Assembly: GCA_039024555.1 (NCBI GenBank)
Contig: JBCCQQ010000048.1
Coordinates: 1 to 49,656 of the forward strand
DNA length: 49,656 bases
Direction: 5' to 3'
Origin: Cyanobacteria bacterium P01_D01_bin.156
GTDB taxonomy: Bacteria > Cyanobacteriota > Cyanobacteriia > Phormidesmidales > Phormidesmidaceae
A program made the position numbers and the translations under genes. Of the stretch, positions 45,898 to 49,656 are shown one piece after another; position 1 is the stretch's first letter; each line of letters begins with the position of its first letter. The notes under the pieces were generated by a model that had not been told where the DNA came from, did not search any database, and saw nothing but the letters and a program-made list of their open reading frames with translations.

Positions 45898-48800
45898 CTA
45901 GATTAGGCCAATAGCCTGATCAGGGTTCGACACATCGGGCACAATGGCAAAGTCGCTTTCACCAAGGGCAGAGGCTTGAACATTGTTCAAAATAGCCAAG
46001 GTCTCACCTGTGGTGGAAATACCCAATAGAGTATTTGTCCCATCTTGAGTCAGTGTGACGTCTGCGAATGTGAATTCGCCTTCGACAATACCAATGCGGT
46101 CGATACCTACCTCGAAGTCGAGGACAGTATCAGTGCCATCACCACTGCCAAAGACAAACAAGTCACTGCCGCTGCCATCAGAGAAGTTATCACCCACCAG
46201 GATGTCGTTACCGGTGACACCCATGAGGATATCGTCACCGTCATCACCATAAATTAGGTCATCGCCTTCATCACCGCTGAGGATATCATTACCGGCTTTA
46301 CCACCAATACGGTCGTTACCGGCACCACCAAAAATGATGTCGTTACCACCAGCGACATCATCCTGAGGGGAACGAGAGTTTAGATCACCCCGAAGGACAT
46401 CATCACCGTCGCCACCTTCAATAATGTCGTTACCGAGTTCGCCAGCAATGGTGTCATCGCCATCGGTACCAGCAAGGGTATCATCACCATCAGTTGGTTG
46501 ATTACTAACAACAACATCGTCGATGGTGATGTCAAGGGCACTAGCTGCTGGGTCTACCTCATAGGCTTCGCCATCAACTAACGTAAAGTTCAGAGTCTCG
46601 ATGCCTTCGCCTGGGCCATCATCAAACACTGGAACCGTGATAGTTGCCGTCGGATCGGTGATGCGCAAGAACAGTGAACCTGCAACTTCATCCGTGCCAA
46701 CAATGTTGCCGCCTGTGACCACCACTCCTTCGACCACAGTCTCATCCTCAGGCAAACGAGGATTCGTTGCATTCACATCGAACTCAGCAATCGCACGAGG
46801 CGGTCCCTGTAGCTGAACGACTAAACCACCTTCAGGAATTGCACCGTCTGTGGTGAAGGTTAGTTCAACAACGGTTTGCTCAGCTTCAACTAGCGTAGTG
46901 GGTGTTGCAGTAACGCCAACGGTTGGACTGGTCGCAGGAACCACACCATCGCTGACGGTGAATGTACCCGAGTTCGCAGTTGGGTCAACAACATACCCTT
47001 CGCCTTCCGCAAGCGTATAGGTAAAGGTTTGGTCCACCTCTTGGGCTAGGTCATCCGATACCGGCAATGTAATGCTGGCTGTTGACTCCGTGATGGTAAA
47101 GCTAAAGTTACTCAAGAACCCTGTGCCTGCGGCAGCGGGGTCAGAGTTATCTTCTGCTGGGTCACCATCCTCTAGCGAGAACACATCCAGCGTGCCACCC
47201 TCAAGACCTGCTCCAGGTCCAAAGGAGGTGTCAAAGCGATAGAGGATAGTTCCTTCATCGGTTACACGAGTTTGAACCGCACCATCTCCATCCGGAGCCA
47301 AGAACTGCTGCAGAATCTCAGCCGTGTCGCCTTCTAGATTTACCGTGATGCCGCCTTCTGGAATCTCGCCATCCACTGTAAAGTTTAGGACCAAAGCTGG
47401 ACCATCCACTTCACTTAACGTTCCAGATGTTGTGCTGAAGCTCACCACTGGGTCAGAGGCACCGCCATCATCTACGACACTGACAATGGCATCAACACGA
47501 GCATCGCCCACATCGGCGCCTGCCAAGTCAGCATTGCCTAGAGCAGCGGCTACTTCTGGGGCCAGTAGTAAGTCTGCATCTCCCAGGTTCAAATCATCCC
47601 CATCGATTCCCGATACCGCAGCGGTTGCTGGAATACCCAAATCGAACAACACTTCTAAACCTAGAGCGTCATCTAATGTGTCGGCGACAAAGAAGCCACT
47701 AGCCACATCTGAGGCACGGGCTGGATCAAAGCCGATGGAGAACTCACCAGCGGTGACCTCTGCACTACCAACTCCTAAGGTGATAGTGCCATCATGTTCG
47801 ATGCTGCCACCCGAGGGAACAAAGCCAACTGGGGCAAAACTAAAGTCTGTTTCTTCGGTAATCTCAAATCCAACTTGGAATGGAGGTAAGAAGCCAGGAC
47901 GAGGTTCTGGAACAGCATCACTATCGGCACCAACCAGAGTGATGCCTGCTACTTGCTCTAAGAGCTCAAAGTCTAAGAAGACGCTAGTAACCCCAGATTC
48001 GAAACTATATTCTGCATCTTCGCCACCGTCTGCGATGGTTACGGTGACGTTCTGAGCATCAGGGTCAACTTCGTATATTTCCCCATCAGCTAGGCTAAAC
48101 TCTAAGGTTTCAGTCCCCTCGTTGGGTCCATCGTCAAAGACTGATAGGGTAATAGACGCTTCTGGTTCTACTACAGTCACAAAGAAGCCACCATTACGAT
48201 CCCCTTGAAGAGGGAAATCATCAATACCGACCAAATCTGTTGCAGGATCAATGCCGTCCTCTCCAAAGATGACGAATTCCCCTACGTCAGTCGGTCCACT
48301 ATCTATGAACAGCTCAAGACCACCATCTGGAATGGCCCCAGTGCTTTCATCCACTGAAATGTTGACTGTGAATTCGTCTCCTTCGACTAATTCAGTTTCG
48401 GTCACCGATAGGCTAACTGTTGGTCCTTCCCCAGGGGTTGCACTCGGTCCATCTTCAATGCCAATACTGACAGTTCCTGTACCGATGTTGTAACCGTCAC
48501 TTGGCAAGATCTCAAAGTTTAAAACATCTCGTTCTTCTTCGACCAGGTCATCAAAGAGCCCTGCTGTGACTGTAACTTCTGGGACCAAAAGACCAAGAGT
48601 TACTTCTGTTCCTGTGAAACTAATGGGAACTACGCCATCTGCTGGGTCGAAAACAGGAGGAGTTCTTTCGTCAAGAAGTCTTGGAGCAAACAGTTTTTCA
48701 ACCCCATCACCACCAATGGTTACTACTACCCCTTGGCCATCGTCAGGAATCTCACCCTCCACAGATAATGTGATTTCTAGCTGTGGTTGCTCATCTTCAG

Positions 48801-49656
48801 TCAACTCTGGCGTACTGGTGGTAGCGGAAACCACTGGCAGGAGCACTTCGCCATCCTCAATAGTGACGGTTACTTCGCTGGCTGCAGGATCAATCTCATA
48901 AGCTTCGCCATCGATCAGCGCAAAGTCCAGGATCTCAGTACCTTCACCAGGGCCATCATCAAAGACGGGGACTGTGACGGTTGCTGTCGGGTCGGTGATG
49001 CGCAAGAACAGTGAACCTGCAACTTCATCCGTGCCAACAATGTTGCCGCCTGTGACCACCACTCCTTCGATCACCGTCTCATCCTCAGGCAAACGAGGAT
49101 TCGTTGCATTCACATCGAACTCGGCTATCGCACGAGGCGGTCCCTGTAGCTGAACGACTAAGCCACCTTCTGGAATATCTCCATCAGTAGTAAACGTTAG
49201 TTCAACGACTGTTTGCTCAGCCTCAATCAACGTTGTCGGAGTCGCAGTAACGCCAACAGTTGGACTGGTCGCAGGAACCACACCATCGGTGACGGTGAAT
49301 GTACCCGAGTTCGCAGTTGGGTCAACAACATACCCTTCGCCTTCCGCAAGCGTATAGGTAAAGGTTTGGTCCACCTCTTGAGCTAGGTCATCCGATACCG
49401 GCAATGTAATGCTGGCTGTTGACTCCGTGATGGTAAAGCTAAAGTTACTCAAGAACCCTGTGCCTGCGGCAGCGGGGTCAGAGTTATCTTCTGCTGGGTC
49501 GCCATCCTCTAGCGAGAACACATCCAGCGTGCCACCGACAAGACCTGCTCCAGGTCCAAACGAGGTGTCAAAGCGATAGAGGATAGTTCCTTCATCGGTT
49601 ACGCGAGTTTGAACCGCACCATCGCCATCCGGTGCCAAGAACTGTTGCAGAATCTC
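45898..49656 (-). CDS. Large acidic surface/RTX calcium-binding protein with Calx-beta-like repeats, 5'-truncated by the window edge
   Basis: Frame is open to the window end (EILQQFLA..); repeated beta-sandwich domains (V.VFDDG..EG.E); C-terminal GGxGxD nonapeptides and DTVLDFEVGIDRI tail. Confidence 0.93.
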   Translation of the reverse strand, partial: EILQQFLAPDGDGAVQTRVTDEGTILYRFDTSFGPGAGLVGGTLDVFSLEDGDPAEDNSDPAAAGTGFLSNFSFTITESTASITLPVSDDLAQEVDQTFTYTLAEGEGYVVDPTANSGTFTVTDGVVPATSPTVGVTATPTTLIEAEQTVVELTFTTDGDIPEGGLVVQLQGPPRAIAEFDVNATNPRLPEDETVIEGVVVTGGNIVGTDEVAGSLFLRITDPTATVTVPVFDDGPGEGTEILDFALIDGEAYEIDPAASEVTVTIEDGEVLLPVVSATTSTPELTEDEQPQLEITLSVEGEIPDDGQGVVVTIGGDGVEKLFAPRLLDERTPPVFDPADGVVPISFTGTEVTLGLLVPEVTVTAGLFDDLVEEERDVLNFEILPSDGYNIGTGTVSIGIEDGPSATPGEGPTVSLSVTETELVEGDEFTVNISVDESTGAIPDGGLELFIDSGPTDVGEFVIFGEDGIDPATDLVGIDDFPLQGDRNGGFFVTVVEPEASITLSVFDDGPNEGTETLEFSLADGEIYEVDPDAQNVTVTIADGGEDAEYSFESGVTSVFLDFELLEQVAGITLVGADSDAVPEPRPGFLPPFQVGFEITEETDFSFAPVGFVPSGGSIEHDGTITLGVGSAEVTAGEFSIGFDPARASDVASGFFVADTLDDALGLEVLFDLGIPATAAVSGIDGDDLNLGDADLLLAPEVAAALGNADLAGADVGDARVDAIVSVVDDGGASDPVVSFSTTSGTLSEVDGPALVLNFTVDGEIPEGGITVNLEGDTAEILQQFLAPDGDGAVQTRVTDEGTILYRFDTSFGPGAGLEGGTLDVFSLEDGDPAEDNSDPAAAGTGFLSNFSFTITESTASITLPVSDDLAQEVDQTFTYTLAEGEGYVVDPTANSGTFTVSDGVVPATSPTVGVTATPTTLVEAEQTVVELTFTTDGAIPEGGLVVQLQGPPRAIAEFDVNATNPRLPEDETVVEGVVVTGGNIVGTDEVAGSLFLRITDPTATITVPVFDDGPGEGIETLNFTLVDGEAYEVDPAASALDITIDDVVVSNQPTDGDDTLAGTDGDDTIAGELGNDIIEGGDGDDVLRGDLNSRSPQDDVAGGNDIIFGGAGNDRIGGKAGNDILSGDEGDDLIYGDDGDDILMGVTGNDILVGDNFSDGSGSDLFVFGSGDGTDTVLDFEVGIDRIGIVEGEFTFADVTLTQDGTNTLLGISTTGETLAILNNVQASALGESDFAIVPDVSNPDQAIGLI
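46544..49656. repeat. Intragenic direct repeat of at least 776 bp (46544-47319 and 48881-49656)
   Basis: Offset 2337 bp (779 codons); long identical stretches with mostly synonymous differences. Confidence 0.95.

Noticed and set aside
47324..48901. Long plus-strand ORFs (e.g. 47324-48055) opposite the RTX-type gene, and similar shadows such as 12211-12714 and 26496-26963
   Set aside because: Antisense shadows of biased-codon genes with S/P/T-rich products.
49636..49638. ORF-track start of the 1246-aa protein
   Set aside because: The frame stays open to the window edge inside a repeated domain; the true start is outside the window.

Overview
Cyanobacterial DNA (at least 8 HIP1 GCGATCGC octamers), most likely from a large conjugative plasmid or ICE. 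From left to right: (1) the 5' end of an ISAs1-family IS abutting a 17-repeat CRISPR array, with its leader and a co-oriented Cas4/RecB-like PD-(D/E)XK nuclease gene but no other cas genes in the window. (2) A StbA/StbB(ParA)-like plus DUF192 operon divergent from a short MOBF relaxase across a phased ~11-bp repeat array. (3) A double-RHH gene with a candidate oriT and three 32-bp-phased palindromes. (4) A ~25-kb cyanobacterial (MPF_C-type) T4SS operon with VirB4, VirB6/8/9/10-like genes, a GH19+M23 hydrolase, VirD4 and a 2470-aa methyltransferase/strawberry-notch helicase/Toprim protein that appears to hide a nested +1-frame gene. (5) A more AT-rich cargo region with a double-glycine peptide precursor, an ABC transporter fused to a pseudo-M1 peptidase, ferredoxin, class I aldolase, a DevBCA exporter and a 5'-truncated RTX-type surface protein. 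The most notable candidate novelties are a ~55-aa module shared by three putative T4SS substrates, the nested gene, and a hydrolase followed by two paralogous secreted proteins. All family assignments come from motifs recognised by eye; no searches were run.
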